Origin: Sphaerodactylus townsendi
Taxonomy: Eukaryota
DNA: 64,000 nucleotides
NCBI RefSeq assembly: GCF_021028975.2
Contig: NC_059426.1
Coordinates: forward strand, 150,288,001 to 150,352,000
Direction of reading: 5' to 3'
How positions within the stretch are numbered: the stretch's first letter is position 1; each line of letters starts with the position of its first letter. The translations under genes and the position numbers were made by a program. The notes beneath the pieces are model-generated. The model worked only from the letters and a program-made list of their open reading frames with translations, was not told the DNA's origin and did no database searches. Shown here piece by piece: positions 13,973 to 27,625 of this stretch.

Positions 13973-14134
13973 CAGAGGTGTAGCAAGGGGGGAAAGCGCC
14001 TGGTGCACCTGTGCGTCCTCCGCCCCGCCCCACCTCGGAATGCCCCCACCATGCCCCCAGAATGCCCTCATCACACCGCCACAGGGGCACGCTCCCAGTG
14101 CATCGCCCCCCATCCCCTTGGAGCTACGCCTCTG
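13973..14134. mobile_element. hAT MITE with 8-bp TSD
   Basis: TIRs cagaggtgtagc / gctacgcctctg; TSD cccatgtc at 13965-13972 and 14135-14142. Confidence 0.9.
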
Positions 14135-14607
14135 CCCATGTCACCGGTACCATGCTGACATCATTTCCAGTGTGACTACGAGTGACGTTGACATATCACT
14201 AGTGATAGGAATGCTTAGGCTTGCTTCTTCAGTTTGCTTCTGCTAAGTTCCTCCATCCACCCCATCCCTCTCCAATTGCCAAAGGATATCTGACCATCAT
14301 AGGAAAAAGAAAAGAAACCACAGTGAAAATATTTATGGGGAATTCTAAAAAGGATTGCAATTGGATTTTATCATGTGACATACATGACCAAGATGCTCTG
14401 GTTCACACTGGTGTTTGCCAGCTCCCATTTCGCAGCATCCTGGCATCACAGGTAATTAATCAATGGAAATCATGCTCCCATCCATACTGCTTCTATGTTC
14501 TATGTAAACCTAACTATATATATTCCTTAGCCAGTAATCATGCCCCTCTTTCACCCCTACAGTACTTGGCAGGGGCAGAGAAGATAACTTAGATGTGCCC
14601 ATTTGGA

Positions 14608-14915
14608 CTTTGGTGTAGTGGTTAAGAGTGGTGGAACCTAATCTAAAGGACGAGGTTTGATTTCCCCTCCTCCACATAAATGACGGATTCTTATCTGGTG
14701 AAATGAATTTATTTACCTGCTCCTATACATGAAGCCTGCTGGGTGACCTTGGGCCAACCACAGTTCTCTCAGAACTCTCTCAGCCCCACCTACCTCACAA
14801 AGTGTCTGTGTGGGGAGAGGAAAGGAATGAATTTGTAAGCCACTTTGAGACTCCTTAAAGGAGAGAAAAGCAGGGTATAAATCTACCTCCTTCTTCTTCT
14901 TCTTCTTCTTCTTCT
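14608..14915 (+). mobile_element. Full-length tRNA-derived SINE (Squam3-like)
   Basis: A box tggtgtagtggttaagag; B box ggtttgattt; (TTC)n tail. Confidence 0.85.
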
Positions 14916-16149
14916 TTTTGAGAAGTCCTATGATCTCCAGTTTCTCTGAGTAACAAATGCCCTGGAGCCTTCTTCCTTATAACCCTCATCTTGCAATAAA
15001 ATATAACATGTGGTGGCATTAAGTGGGAGGTTTGAAGCCTCCAGGTTTTGGTATATTGCAAAGGTATTATTATGCACTAGGACTCTGGTCTATTAGGGGA
15101 CATGTAATACTGGAGACATACCAATCAGCACTTCAGATTCACATTAATTTCTATTCCTGGTAAATAGAGTTGCCAGCTTTCAGAAGGGGCCTGGAAATCT
15201 ACTGGAATTGGAACTGATCTCCAGGGATGAATTCCCCTGGAGACTCTATGACATTGCGTCCCAAAATGACATCCCCGAACCCTGTCCACCCCAAGTATCA
15301 CCACTACAATCTCCAGGAATTTCCCAACACAGATATGGTAAGGATTCTGACTGATCCAAATCGTTTCCAAATTTAGACACAAGGGATGTCAAGCATCTCT
15401 GCGATTATCACAGGGCCACTAGTATAGATCATCTGCCTGAGGCTTCTCTTTTTGTTTGAGACAAATTACAAACTTGGGTTTTGGTAGTGTTTACAGCTCT
15501 GGATTGGGAAATACCTAGAGATTCGGGGGCAGAGTTTGTGGACAGTAGGGATCAGAGAAGGATCTCAATAGGTTACAATGCAATGGATGAGCTACAAGAG
15601 GATGTGGGGTGCGCTGTGCACTGGGCACATGCTTGGGGGTATGAAAAATCACCCCCAGGCCCCTCCCTCTTCCCCCCGTGGCACCCCTTTGCAGCGCCCC
15701 CCCCCTCCTTCCCACACTTACCTTAGTTCCTTTCCTTTTCCTAGAACTTTTTCAGGCTGAAAAAAAGGCCTGTTCACAATACAGGCTAAAAACGGCCTGA
15801 GAAACTACAATTCCTAGGAGACTCTGGGAAGTATAGTTCCCATAACGCCGTTTTTTAAAAGTAGTTATAATTGAATATATTATTAAGATTTTGTTCTGAA
15901 TAGACCTACTCACTGCCACAGTGAGAAAGACCCCTTACCATGATATGCCTCTGAAGATGCCAGCCAGAGATGCAAGTGAAACTGTATGTTGGAAGCCACC
16001 CTGAGCCCGCAAGGGGAAGGACAGCATGTAAATGGAATCAAACAAAGGTGGGTTTTGCACAGCACAAATATGACATCTTCATGACATTACAAATAGTGTT
16101 ATGTGGAAGAACTTCGCACGGGTCTCTTCCTCAAAATGGCTTAAGTCAC

Positions 16150-16275
16150 AGCTTCCTAACAAGGTATATATACTACCATCTTGCTTTACTACCATCAGAT
16201 CCTCTGAAGATGCCAGACACATATGCAGGCGAAACGTCAGGAGAAAATGCTACTGGAACATGACCATACAGCTTG
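16150..16275 (+). mobile_element. Penelope-like element pLTR fragment
   Basis: ctctgaagatgcc...gcaggcgaaacgtcaggagaaaatgct...cccacaacacccc terminus. Confidence 0.75.
16200..16242 (+). ncRNA. Minimal type I hammerhead ribozyme (Penelope-associated)
   Basis: Helix I TCCT/AGGA; CTGAAGA 16204-16210; helix II GCC/GGC; GAAA 16231-16234; CG then GTC cleavage triplet. Confidence 0.7.
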
Positions 16276-17946
16276 GAAACCCCACAACACCCCAGATGTT
16301 TTAGTTTATGGACCTGGGCCTGAATCTTCTGATGTGGGGAGGTGATTTGGATTTGACCTTAGCCCAAGGGGAGAAGGGTTTACTCCCTATCATTTTTCTG
16401 AGAGAAATCCCATATCAGAAGCTATCACTGATCCTGAGGGAGAAAAGATAAGAGGTATTATTTATGTATTTCGATGCATTTCTATTCCTGCCCTATACTC
16501 AAAATCTCAGGGCAAGCACGTGAACTCTCTTAAATCAGCATAGGGGAAAGTTTGTCTGTGCCCTTCTGCACTTCCAGCGCAGCCCTGATCCAAATTCTCT
16601 CTCTTCACAATGGCTTTTTTACAAAGCTTATGCTACAAATTGGGAGACTTCGTTCCCATTATAACATGTCCTTTGGCTCTCAGACGCGATACAGACTTCA
16701 GCAGCTCGGCAAAGACTTTGTGATACAGGAAAAGGAGAAAAATACTCTTCATGAGGTGAAGACAAAAGCTAAGGGAAAGTGGCTGACAAAGATCCCGGGA
16801 TTTTCAACCTTTAACACTTTGCTAGTTTTACTTGCTGACTTATCGATTGAGTTTCATTAAGCAAATTGATCGGCAAAGGACGCAGGGCAGGCTGCTTGCT
16901 ACAGCAAGTGACACCGCAGCACAGGAGACAGGAGGCTCTCCGAGGGGGTTTATCTTCACACGTTTCTACATTTTTAAGGGCTCAGAGCATGACAGACTAA
17001 AGTGTTATTGAATCTGCTAAATATACCATCTTATGCGGCTATCTCAAATGGGGCTAAAGCACAGCCAAGTGTGGCACGGCTGCCATCAGCACTCCATGGG
17101 CAATTAAAAGAAAGAAAGCGAAGAAATATGGGGCAGAGATCTTCAAAATGACACATATTATAACTGGATATTGACTTCCAGACACTTCCGATACCTTGCT
17201 GTTAGTGAAAGGTTTACAAACGCTGTTGACTGAATGGGGTTGAATTAATTCCAAGTGGGCTTTTTTTAGACAGTGAAGGGGCATTCATTTATTGCATTCT
17301 GGGGGGAAAAAACATAGACTGTGTTATAGTGTTCAAAGGACCATGTCAGATTTTGACAAAACATAAAAACTTGGATCCTAAGTCTTCTTGCATTCCTCTT
17401 CATCCATTGCAGAAGCGGTCATCTACTACAGTTGCCATCTTTGGGTTGGGAAATTCCTGGAGATTTTGGCAGTGGAGTCTGGAGGAGGCAGGGTTTGGAG
17501 AGGGACTTTGGTGGGGTATAATTTCATAGTGTTTACCTTCCAAAGCAGCCATTCACTCCAGGAGAAGTCATCTCTGCAGTCTGGAATGCAACTGTACTCC
17601 TAGGAAAGCTCCAGCTACCACCCAGATGTTGGCAACTATGTCCTCTGCTGCAGACCTTAGACTTCCAGCAGGAGGCACTTTGCAGCTCATGGAAAAGAAA
17701 CTGGTCTTATGTGAGCAGAATGGCATAATGCCAGTAGAACATGCTCCACAGCGAGAACTGGCTCTACAGTGGAAAGAGACACTCACACTGCACAAACTGA
17801 ATCAGGGTTTAGGATCCATGCTTTGCTTCATTGTAAATCGAGATTAAAATGCTTAAATCCATTAACCACATTTCTGATCAATGCATAATGGTCATAAAAA
17901 TGTTGATGAAACAAAGCAGAAGAAGAAAACTAGGGCTACATTCCAA

Positions 17947-18641
17947 GGTCGAATCCCCACTACCGTCTTAGCCAGGTTTCAGAACACAAACTAACCAGGT
18001 TTGAGGGACGACCTCCCCATTGCTTGCGTGGCAGATTCTGTTTCTGGTGCTCGTTCTCCCCATTAATCTGCGTTCCGGCAGGACCTGGTTGCAAGTGGCA
18101 TAGACCCCATTAACACAGTTCAGAGCTGATCCGAGGGGATGGATGAGGGTTGAAACCCAGACTCGTTTCCCACCCTGGAGTGTGATGCAGAATTTGGGCA
18201 ACCAATCAGCACTGCGATGCACACGTAGCCTTTCCTTGGTTTCATTTCTGCTTTTGCGATCGGCCAACAGAAGGGGATGCAAACATTAAACAGTCAAACG
18301 AGTAACTTTGAATTGTTCATGGTTTATACAGGTAATGATTCACTGTTTGCACAGTTAAACAGTTAAACAGTTAAACGTTAAACTTTTACACGCTGTTTTT
18401 TTTTTAATCACACCCCTACAATGTACGTTTCCGTGGTGGGAAAAGGTCCCCCCCATCAAGGCACGCCAGCCAATCAGGGGAGACCAGCGAAGCAAGCTAG
18501 CCTGGTAGTGGGGATTGCTAAGAGTTCTGCAACCGGGTGTGTCTGCTGTGTGCTCGCTGCGGTGGGGAGGGAGAAACTCCGATGAAGTTTCACAACGAAC
18601 AGGTTTGGATCTGCGTGCAAATTTCAAGTGGGGATTCGACC
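17947..18641. mobile_element. PIF/Harbinger-like non-autonomous element
   Basis: Perfect 15-bp TIR ggtcgaatccccact; 3-bp TSD caa; CpG-rich. Confidence 0.82.
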
Positions 18642-21600
18642 CAAGATACTCCACACTGTAGGCTAGCTCCAAACTACTGTGCATGACGTTTCATGCATGC
18701 ATATGGCTTCTCAGCTCTCTCTTCCCATGGAAGTCCCAACAATGACACTGCATTAATGGCCTGTGACACCTACCTCCACCCCCCACCCCCACACATAATG
18801 AAATACACAACAATCTCATACCTTCAGTTCTTGTTGAAAATACTGGTTGAGCAATCAATCAATCAGTTCCTAGTCTGAAGTTCTTAACACCACACTTCAC
18901 TGACTTTCTTGGAGTGGCTGCAGTTGAACATTAGCTAGAACCCAGGTTTAGGTCAGTCATACAAGTCATGTGGTATCAAGTGTCTCAATTAGTCCTAACA
19001 CAAAGGTCAGAACAATTCTGAAAATGGCTTTGCCCCTCCCCTTGCCTTGTACCAACAGGAGCCAAGTTTGTTGTGGCTGTCTAGCAACAGCCACTGAGGT
19101 GATTTTAAAGCTACAGGCACTGCTGTAATCACTTTTGGGCTACATAACTCCCCATATTTTTTAAGCTTTCAATTTTTGGGAGTTTGGTTTTTTTTTTGAA
19201 AAACTGGGGCTGGGGGGGGGGGAGTTTTCAGGTTTGCCAAAAGATTTGGCTTGGCTCTTTTCAAGTCCAGTGTCTGAACAGAAGTATCCTTGGATCTTGC
19301 TGACTTCACTGTTAGAATATACAGGTGGGAACCTACAAGGACCTTAGAATATAAAAGTGGGGACCTACAAGGACCTTTGGGATAAACATCATTTCCCCCT
19401 CCCCACTGTTTCCTCTTTTCTTTTCCTTGAAAGACCCTATGGCCACTCCTCTTTTCCTCATTCCATCTCTCCTTCCCACTCAACAGTCATCCAACATTTT
19501 TCTGCACCTGAGACAACAGCTTCCACTTTGCCCTAACCCTCTTTTGAAAAAAATATGGCTCCGTTGTGCCAACCAGTGGGGCAAGCCCACTTGCAAAGAA
19601 GGGAACCCTTAAGGACTTGTGTGTTGGACATCACTTTCTTCTTTCTCCTTCTCTCCATACTATTTTATCTTTTCTTCCTCCTGGCAAGCTTCATAACATC
19701 TCCACTTCCCCATCTCATTTTCTCCCTCTCAGCCATTCACCAACTGACCTTCTATCTGCCTTCTATCTTCAAGTACATTTATTATTTGTTTACTCTGTTT
19801 ATACTCCATCTTTTCCATAGTAGGAACGAAAGCAGATTTCATTATTGTTTTCGTCCTCACATCAGCCCTGTAAGGTAAGTTAGGCTGAAAGTATGTGACT
19901 GGCCCACAATCACCCAGTGAGCTTTCACAGCAAGATAGGGATTTGATCCTGGGTCTGAAGCTCTAACTGCAATACCACACTGGCTTTTATAAAGTGGGCT
20001 GCTGTTGAACAGTAGCAAGCAGCCAGACCCAGTCACAGGTCAGGCAGTATCAAGTCATCCAGTGGTTGCTTCCAGGACCGTCTTCGATCAGTCCTCCCTC
20101 AAAGGCCAACATAGGCTTTGAAAGGACTCTGTTGCCACACTTCTACCTTTTGCTTGCAGGAACCAGGCCTATAATGTTGTGATTGCCTAGCAACTGCCAC
20201 TAAATGCTTTCATTTGTTAAAGCTATGGGCAGTCCTTTTATCATTTTTGGGTTTTTTAGCCCCAAATGTAATGTGATGCGGTGCAAATATGTGTGTCTAT
20301 CTATCTGTCTGTCTGTCTAGCTATATAAAATTGAAAAATGGGTGCTAGTTGCCTTGAGAAACAGAGCATGAAATATGTAATGCTCCACGGCATCATATCA
20401 GGCTATGGGACTGGCACACCAGACAGTTGAAATGAACAACAGTGGCCAGAAGGAAGCCAATAATACCTTTAGAGACTAGACATCACCATCTATAGGAACA
20501 TTATGTTCAGCATAACAGAATCATAAAAACATTATGTCCCCAAAATTCCTCTCCAGAATTTACTTATTTTCAGCCTTGGGCTCCAGTATCAACCTGTACA
20601 ATTGATTTGATACTTTTTTTGGTGTCACCTTATCCTGAAATAAATATAAAGCAGCACCGAGCCCAGCAAGGATCAATGGCAGGCTAGTAAAAAGTCAGAA
20701 ACCAAGCCCTACCTTTTCAGTCAGAGCAATAACTCTGGCACCGGCAAATAGATACGAAAGTCATCTCTGTATCACATAACATCTTAATAAAACAAAGAAG
20801 GTGCTTTGGCTCGACATTCCTTTATTAACCTCTACTGTCTCCTCTGGAATGCTGTATTGTTCTTAGCTGGCTGTTGTCTAAGTTAATGTTGGCTCCTTTG
20901 GGAGCAAGAACCTATGTCTGATGCTTCAAATCATAAATAATTTTGAGATGCATGGAAGCAGGATCAAAGTGTTCATGCTTTGGAAATGTGTAATAAAATG
21001 CAAACCTGGAACAATAACCAAAGCCACAAGGCTGACAAGGCAGTCTTTCAAGGCCGTTGGATTCTCTGGGTCTGCAGTCCTCATGAAACTATGTTATTCA
21101 GGTCCGGAGGATTTATCCCCAAAGGACTGAAGCCTATGAAGTTAACAGTGCAGTCCGAAGTAGAGTTACAACCTTCTAAAACCATTGACTTCATCACATT
21201 TCAAAGGATATAATTCTCTTTAGGACTGAAGTTAACAATTTGAAGTTAAGAAATTGATCCAAAACGTATTTACTCGGCTACCGATTTCAGTGGTTTCGCT
21301 GAAGAACGCTGCTGAATTTTGCAGCCCTGTTGTTTCAACTTGAAAAGCCCTGTTGCATTTTTGCTTCTCCCTGGTGTGAAATGTACACAGTAATTCTTTG
21401 TTGTTGTTTTTTGCAGGATTTTGTCTCTTCTTTTGCTGAATTATTCCTGTTACATTTACACATGGGTGATAGGTGTCAAATGGCATAAGAATAGCATAAA
21501 AGATACAAATTTAGGCTACCAGCAACAAAGATGAACAAAATAAATTGGCTCGCAAAACTGCAAAACTAAAAAAGGGCATCTGTTACTTTCTTATGGGTAG

Positions 21601-22007
21601 AATTCCCTTCCTCCAAGCGAGACTTGGAGTTCTCTTGGAATTATCACCAATTTCTATAGACTACAGAGATCAGTTCTGCCAGAGGAAATGGCAGATTTAG
21701 AGAGTGCACTCTATGACTTCATCTTCCTAACTGGCTGATCCTTAACTGAATGATTGCAAACTCCCTCCCCTCCCCAAACTCCACCCTCCCCAAGCACCAC
21801 CTATATTTCTCTATATTGAAAACTATAACACTCTGGCTTTCTGATCAGTTTGTTGCCAGTTGCCTCTTAGTTCTGCTCTAATACCAAACCATGCAATCAG
21901 GACCTGTTTGCCTATCTTTGCCTGTGAGTATGACTGAGTGCTCCTCATTTGTATATGGTGTCATTCTTCACTAATGATCTTATATTCTTGATACAGTTTT
22001 AACTACA

Positions 22008-22250
22008 AGAGCCAGAGTGGTATAGTGGTTAAAAGCTATGGACTCTAATCTGGAGAGCCACATTCAGTTCTCCACTTCACCATATCAAGCCTGCTGGGTT
22101 ACCTTGAGCTAGTCACAGTTCTCTCAGAACTTTCAGTCCACATGGAGGCAAGCAGTGGCATGCCACCACTGAATGTATCTTGCTCTGAGAACCCTGTGGT
22201 CTCCATAAGTCAACTGTGACTTGACAGCATTTTCTATCACAACCACCAAT
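22008..22250 (+). mobile_element. tRNA-head SINE with Sauria-type tail
   Basis: agagccagagtggtatagtggttaa head; ccataagtcaactgtgacttgacagc tail. Confidence 0.8.
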
Positions 22251-23656
22251 GGTATGCAGCAGCCTGTCTCAGTTGTAGTCTACATCACTAGTGCTTAGTT
22301 CCTTGGATCATAGGGTTTCAAATGTATTAGAGATGGTTAATGGTTGGACTGAGATTTTTAGTTTCTTACCTTCTCTCACTCTTCCTCCACAGGGCTCATC
22401 TGCAATTTCCTATTAGTCTTGATGGTCATAGTTATGCAGTTCCAGCTTTAAGGTTCTCTGAATTTCCATCGGTCTTTAATCAGATGGATTTTTTGACATT
22501 TCTTCAAGCACCTGGGAGGTGGCCAATGCTGAAGAACAAGTTATTAGGCTAAGTGGACCACTGCTGTTGTCAAGCGAGGCAACAGTTTCTTGCATTAGGT
22601 ACCTTACCCCAGCTGTGTCACTCAATAAGTGTCGTATAAGCAAACACTAATTTCAATAAAATTTTGCATTTTATTGATTGTACTTTATAACTATCACAAG
22701 CCACTGGATGGGCTGAGTGCCTGGGCTGCGAATCTGACTGAAAAGTGGGATGTTAATTTAAAAATAAATTGAAACAGGGATGAAAATCAGCAACGTCAGT
22801 GCCAGCCACATTTTGTTACCTTCCGGCTTAGAATCAGTTTCTCGTCTATTTCCATCTGTGCATGAGTTTTTAAAGTAGTCTTCGGGGCTCATCATTTGAA
22901 ACCAAGAAAGGCTTGTAAAAGGTATTAACAACAAGTAAAATTACAATGGCTAGAGGACAAAGTACAATGGAAATCAACTAAGGTACCATTATCATGGCTA
23001 AGTGACTGGTTAGTCCTTGCCTCTAGTACTGCACCCAATGGTAGGACACATGCCGTCGAAACAGCATAATTTCTTTTGATTCAGTACATCCTACTGCGAT
23101 CAAAATGATCTAAGGCTTCAAAGATATTGTATTATGAAAAAAGGATAGAAATAACTGAACATATTCTGACTGGATGATAACAGCCTTCAAAGTGATCTAA
23201 GAGAGATTTGTAAAGATATTGTGGAGATACAAAGAATCCAAGAAGAGTCTTTACAACAGAAATAAAAAAAAACCTGCTCAAGACATACCGGAAAATTAGA
23301 AAAACAGTGAATAAAATATCAGCATAGAGATATTTCAGAGAAGGGCAAGTTAGTCATGAAATATTGAGCTCAAAGGAGTTATATTGGGATGGAAAGCTCA
23401 AAGTAGGAACTCAAGAGACTGGAGAAGTTCAAAGACTGCACGTAGGGGAGACCAAATGAATTTTCTTTATAGAAAGAAAGTTGCCACTTACTTGAGACTC
23501 AAGGTGATTCCATATATCCCATGAGAAAGAAACCCAACACCAGCTTATTTGATTCACAGCCCAGGCTAATCACTGCAAAATCTCTGCCAGCTTCAGAGGG
23601 CAAGGGATGCCTCTTGGTCAAAGAGTACCCCCGCCCCCCCCAAAGAAGTACATGTG

Positions 23657-23904
23657 TAGGGTTGCCAGATCCAGGTTGGGATTACAGCTAGGGTAGGGAA
23701 CAGACACCAAAATCCAGGTTGAGAAACTCCTGGGATTTTGGGGATGGAGCTTGGGAAGGACAGGAACCTTGGTAGGGAACAATGCCATAATGTAGTCCAC
23801 TCTCCAAAGCATCCATTTTCTCCAGGGGCACTGATCTTTGTAGTCCAAAGACAAGGTATAATTCCAGGAGATCTCCAGGTCTCACCTGGAGGCTGGTCAC
23901 CCTA
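23657..23904. mobile_element. TAGGGTTGCCA-ended MITE (hAT-Blackjack-like); related copies near 15165-15340, 17430-17640, 21600-21800, 34838-35038, 56120-56330
   Basis: Termini tagggttgcca / tggtcacccta; shared core tccaaagcagccattttctccagg in the other copies. Confidence 0.75.
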
Positions 23905-24104
23905 CATTTATGTACATATGAAACATGACACAACCCATTTATAGCATCAAGACAAGATATTGTTCCTTGGATATACGGCATGCTGATCAGTTGGATTGTA
24001 TTGATTGTTTATCTTTCTTCCTTTTAATGATCAATCCCTGGGTTCTGGACTGTCTCCATATTTGTCATTAGTTTTCAGTATCCCATTGCCTCGAGCCATA
24101 ATAC

Positions 24105-24511
24105 CAGAGGTGGGATCCAGCAGGTTCTCACAGGTTCCCAAGAGTAGGTTACTAATTATTTGTGTGTGCCAAGAGGGGGTTACTAATTTGTGATTTTGCC
24201 ACATGATTTTTGCCTTAGTTATGCCCCTCCTCTGCTCCTCAGCAGAACTTGAAGCAGTCTAGCAGAACTTGAAGCAGTCTAGCAGGAGGTGCACCGGCGT
24301 GTGTGGCAGCCTGCGCCTGCGTGTATTCGTTTCCCGCCCAAGGACCGGCGCAGCGGCTGCATCCTTGCCACAGCCCTGCCCAGCAATGCCCCACCCCGGA
24401 ATGCCAGGCCATGCCCCCATCATGCCCCGCCCAGCCCCATTGGCGCTACACCACTGTTTGAATCCCACCACCATGGGAACCTGTTACTAAAATTTTTGGA
24501 TCCCACCACTG
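24105..24511. mobile_element. hAT MITE with 8-bp TSD
   Basis: TIRs cagaggtgggatcca / tggatcccaccactg; TSD cataatac on both sides; CpG-rich; internal 20-bp tandem duplication 24241-24280. Confidence 0.92.
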
Positions 24512-25849
24512 CATAATACAGTCACTTTCCTCCTACCCCAACAGATCCTATACATGCAACTAGGGAATTCATCAGTTTAATCTTCATTCACTTTCTTAAT
24601 CTTCTCCAAAGCCCTATCTCCCCTTGTGCCCTTCACTTAAACATATACCCAATTGTCCAGCTCACTAAATTCCTTGTAACGTACTAAAAATGTTTTTAGA
24701 TTATGCAGTCATTCCATAATGATTTATGCACAATCAAAAGTTCATGTGTTCAGAATTCATCTGAAATGTAGATTATCGATTTGATTCCTGGGCAGTTTAG
24801 TAGAAACATTAAGCAGAGAAAAGTGTTTATTCCCGCAACTCTGAGAATAACATACAACGTGTCTACATTGGCATTGTGTGCATAAACTGGAACTGAAATT
24901 TAATGATTTTAACATTTGAGAAATGTCCTGGTTTGTGCGCCCATGTTCCTGCATGAAAAGGGATGCCATTTGAACAGTTTTCAAGAACAGTATGATTATG
25001 TGAATAACAGCAGAATGATTTCACTTCACTTTTTTCGAAAATATTGATGAAACGCTTTGTGTATTATATAAAGAGATTGGCTATGTGGTAAAAAGCTACA
25101 ATTAAGATGAAATTACATAGAAAGAACTGATTAATGCACACAGAAGTAGGCTTTTAACATCTAAAAATACATTTGTGAATGTGATCCGGAATAAAAAGCA
25201 ACTTCACCTGCTGGGGCAAAGCCCCTTTTGCAAATTGCCATCCCAGTTTTCCCCTTCACAATCAAGGCAAGGTGTCCTTGAAAACAGAGGTCTCTGTTGT
25301 ACTTATGAATGGGGAGACCCAAGAAGACCTTGGTTATAGACTGTCCCAATGGTCCACTATGATGCTGTGAGTCTCACAAATAGCCGGTTCTAAATTGAAC
25401 TTACTCCACATGCAAGCCCATTTTCTCTCAAGTCAAGCAACCTATACTCTTGAACTGCTAATTTTATCACGACTTAAAATGAATAGGGTGCCAAGTGTTT
25501 TTTCTTTCACAGCATTTAGCTATCACATAGGTAGCTGAACAGTAGCTGGTTCGTGATGAGGACTTATTGGATTGTTGGTTTGATGAAAATTATAGTTTTG
25601 CAGGCTTCTGTTTTAATTTAGGAGCCTGTGAGAACTGTGAGACTGTGATAATCAACTCAACAAGAAATGACGCTAGGGAAGATTTACAAGTATAATTTGT
25701 AGGAAATCTAGATCTTGGGTGGAACCGATGCTTTGCCTTAAAAGATGTCCATGGCAGGTTATGCCTCTCCCTTTGGAAAAGAGTAGAATGGTGGTATGGA
25801 AGCAACTGGCAAGGAGAGTGAAACTGGAAGGAAACAGGGAGGGCTTTTT

Positions 25850-26220
25850 GTATGTGTCGAGGTTAAAAGCAATGCACTCCAACCTGGTGAACTGGGTTTG
25901 TTTCCCCACTCCCACACATGAAGACTGCAGGGTGACTTTGGGGCAGTCACAGTTCTCTCAGAACTCTCTCAGCCCCACTTATCTCACAAGGTGTCTGTTG
26001 TGAGGAGGGGAAAGGAAGGTGATTTTTTGAGATTCCTTAGGCTCATTCCGCACATGCAGAATAATGCACTTTGAAACTGCTTTCAGTGCTCTTTGAAGCT
26101 GAGCGGAATGGCAAAATCCACTTGCAAACAGTTGTGAAAGTGGTTTGAAAATGCATTATTTTGCATGTGCGGAAGGAGCCTTAGAGAAAAGTGGCTATAA
26201 AAACCAACATCTTCTTCTGC
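25850..26220 (+). mobile_element. Squam3-like SINE interrupted by a Harbinger MITE
   Basis: gggtgactttggggcagtcacagttctctcagaactctctcagcccc body. Confidence 0.78.
26040..26180. mobile_element. Harbinger-like MITE nested in a SINE
   Basis: TIRs ggctcattccgcacatgca / tgcatgtgcggaaggagcc; TSD tta. Confidence 0.87.
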
Positions 26221-27277
26221 ACATGCATTTAAGGTCATATTTAGGTTCCAGCAGAGATAGGTGTCAATATGTAATCCCTAATCTTCAGAGTACCATTACT
26301 ACAAGGGTAGGGAAGAGAAACCAATATCTCAAAGTAGGTCTTCTGAGAATTCTTCATCTCGCAATCATTGCAAGAAACACGAAATTGGTACTCCAGCATT
26401 TCCACATCTACTCTTGTAAGAACACAGCTGAAAATATATTATATTGCACACCATCACTTGAGTAGAGAGTTTTGAGAGCAGACTGTAAGGCCACCAGCTT
26501 TTTTTTTTTTGCTTTATAGAGCTTCTGTTGAAAGCTCACTACTCTCCCTGTCAATATGTAGACAACTGGTAGTACTCTGGATGTCTGCATTTGGTGATAG
26601 GACCTCCTACTGAATGCTGTCCACACTTCCAAATAGGGGAGTTTCATTGGAACACATTATTGTTTCTTCCACAGCTTGGTCTTCATCTTTCAGAGAAGAA
26701 TGAGGCAGAAGTTTCTTTTTTAGTGTTCACCAGTAAAGGTGGCTAAACTCTTCACTGCTTTTTCTAGTGCAAGGTGTAGTTGTGGAATTGTTTCTGCCAC
26801 TACATCATTGCCCCATGACTTCTATATGATAGATGTCAGTACCATCTGTAAACTAATGATCAGCGAGTCTTCATATTCTAGGAGCTGGCAGTTCATGTCC
26901 AGTGTTTTGTACTCCATGAGATATTGAAGTGGGAACACAAAGGACATTCAATAGTTATAATTTGAATTATGGGTTCCCCTGTCCTTCCACCTTTTAATGG
27001 TAATGTGAATAGAAGAGATTACATTTCTCATTAGTACCTCCCTCTGACCTGAGAAAGTAGCCTTTTTTTTTAAGTGATAAGGAGTGGAGAAAGGAGCTAG
27101 AGAAAGGGACAGCCCTGGAACAGCCCTGAAGGGGACAGCCCTGAAGGGGATAGAATCACAGATGAACATAGCTACTCCTCCCCCCTGGCCTCTGTAAGGT
27201 TCCTCGATTGGTGGGAGAAGGCATGCAAAGGAAACCTAGTGCATGCGTGACCTCACTTCCAAGGCTGACAGTCTAGT

Positions 27278-27625
27278 CAGGGTAGGGAACCTGTTTGACT
27301 CTCCAGATAAAATTCAGGAATCTACAATTTAACAGTTTTCTGTCAGCATGGGCCAATGGCCATGCTGGTAGGGGCTGGTGGGAATTGGGGTTCCTGAACA
27401 TCTGAGAGCCGAGTTCCTACTCCTTATCAGTTTCTGTCAGCATGGCCACCACCATGCTGGTAGGCTGATGGGAATCTCTTGTAGTTCCTGAACATCTGAG
27501 AGCTCAAGAGGTTCCCTACCCCTTGGCTCCAGCCTCTGTCAGCATGGCCAATTAGCCATGCTGGTGAGAAACTGATAGAATGCTGGATTCTGAGCCTCCT
27601 GGAAAGGCTCGGAGACCTACCCTGA
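27278..27625. mobile_element. Three noisy tandem partial copies of the 61825-type palindromic MITE
   Basis: Repeated tgtcagcatggcc...ccatgctggta...ttcctgaacatctgagag units with many indels. Confidence 0.65.

Noticed and set aside
14608-14680. tRNA genes at SINE heads
   Set aside because: A and B boxes only; no cloverleaf, and each continues into a SINE body
23160-23450. A-rich coiled-coil-like stretch (LQSDLREICKDIVEIQRIQEE) as an L1 ORF1 remnant
   Set aside because: Too short and degenerate to support
26230-26940. Protein-like minus-strand text (IPQLHLALEKAVKSL..., VDVEMLEYQFRVSC...) as a processed pseudogene or exon
   Set aside because: Stops in the frames I read and no family recognised; a BLASTX search would be needed
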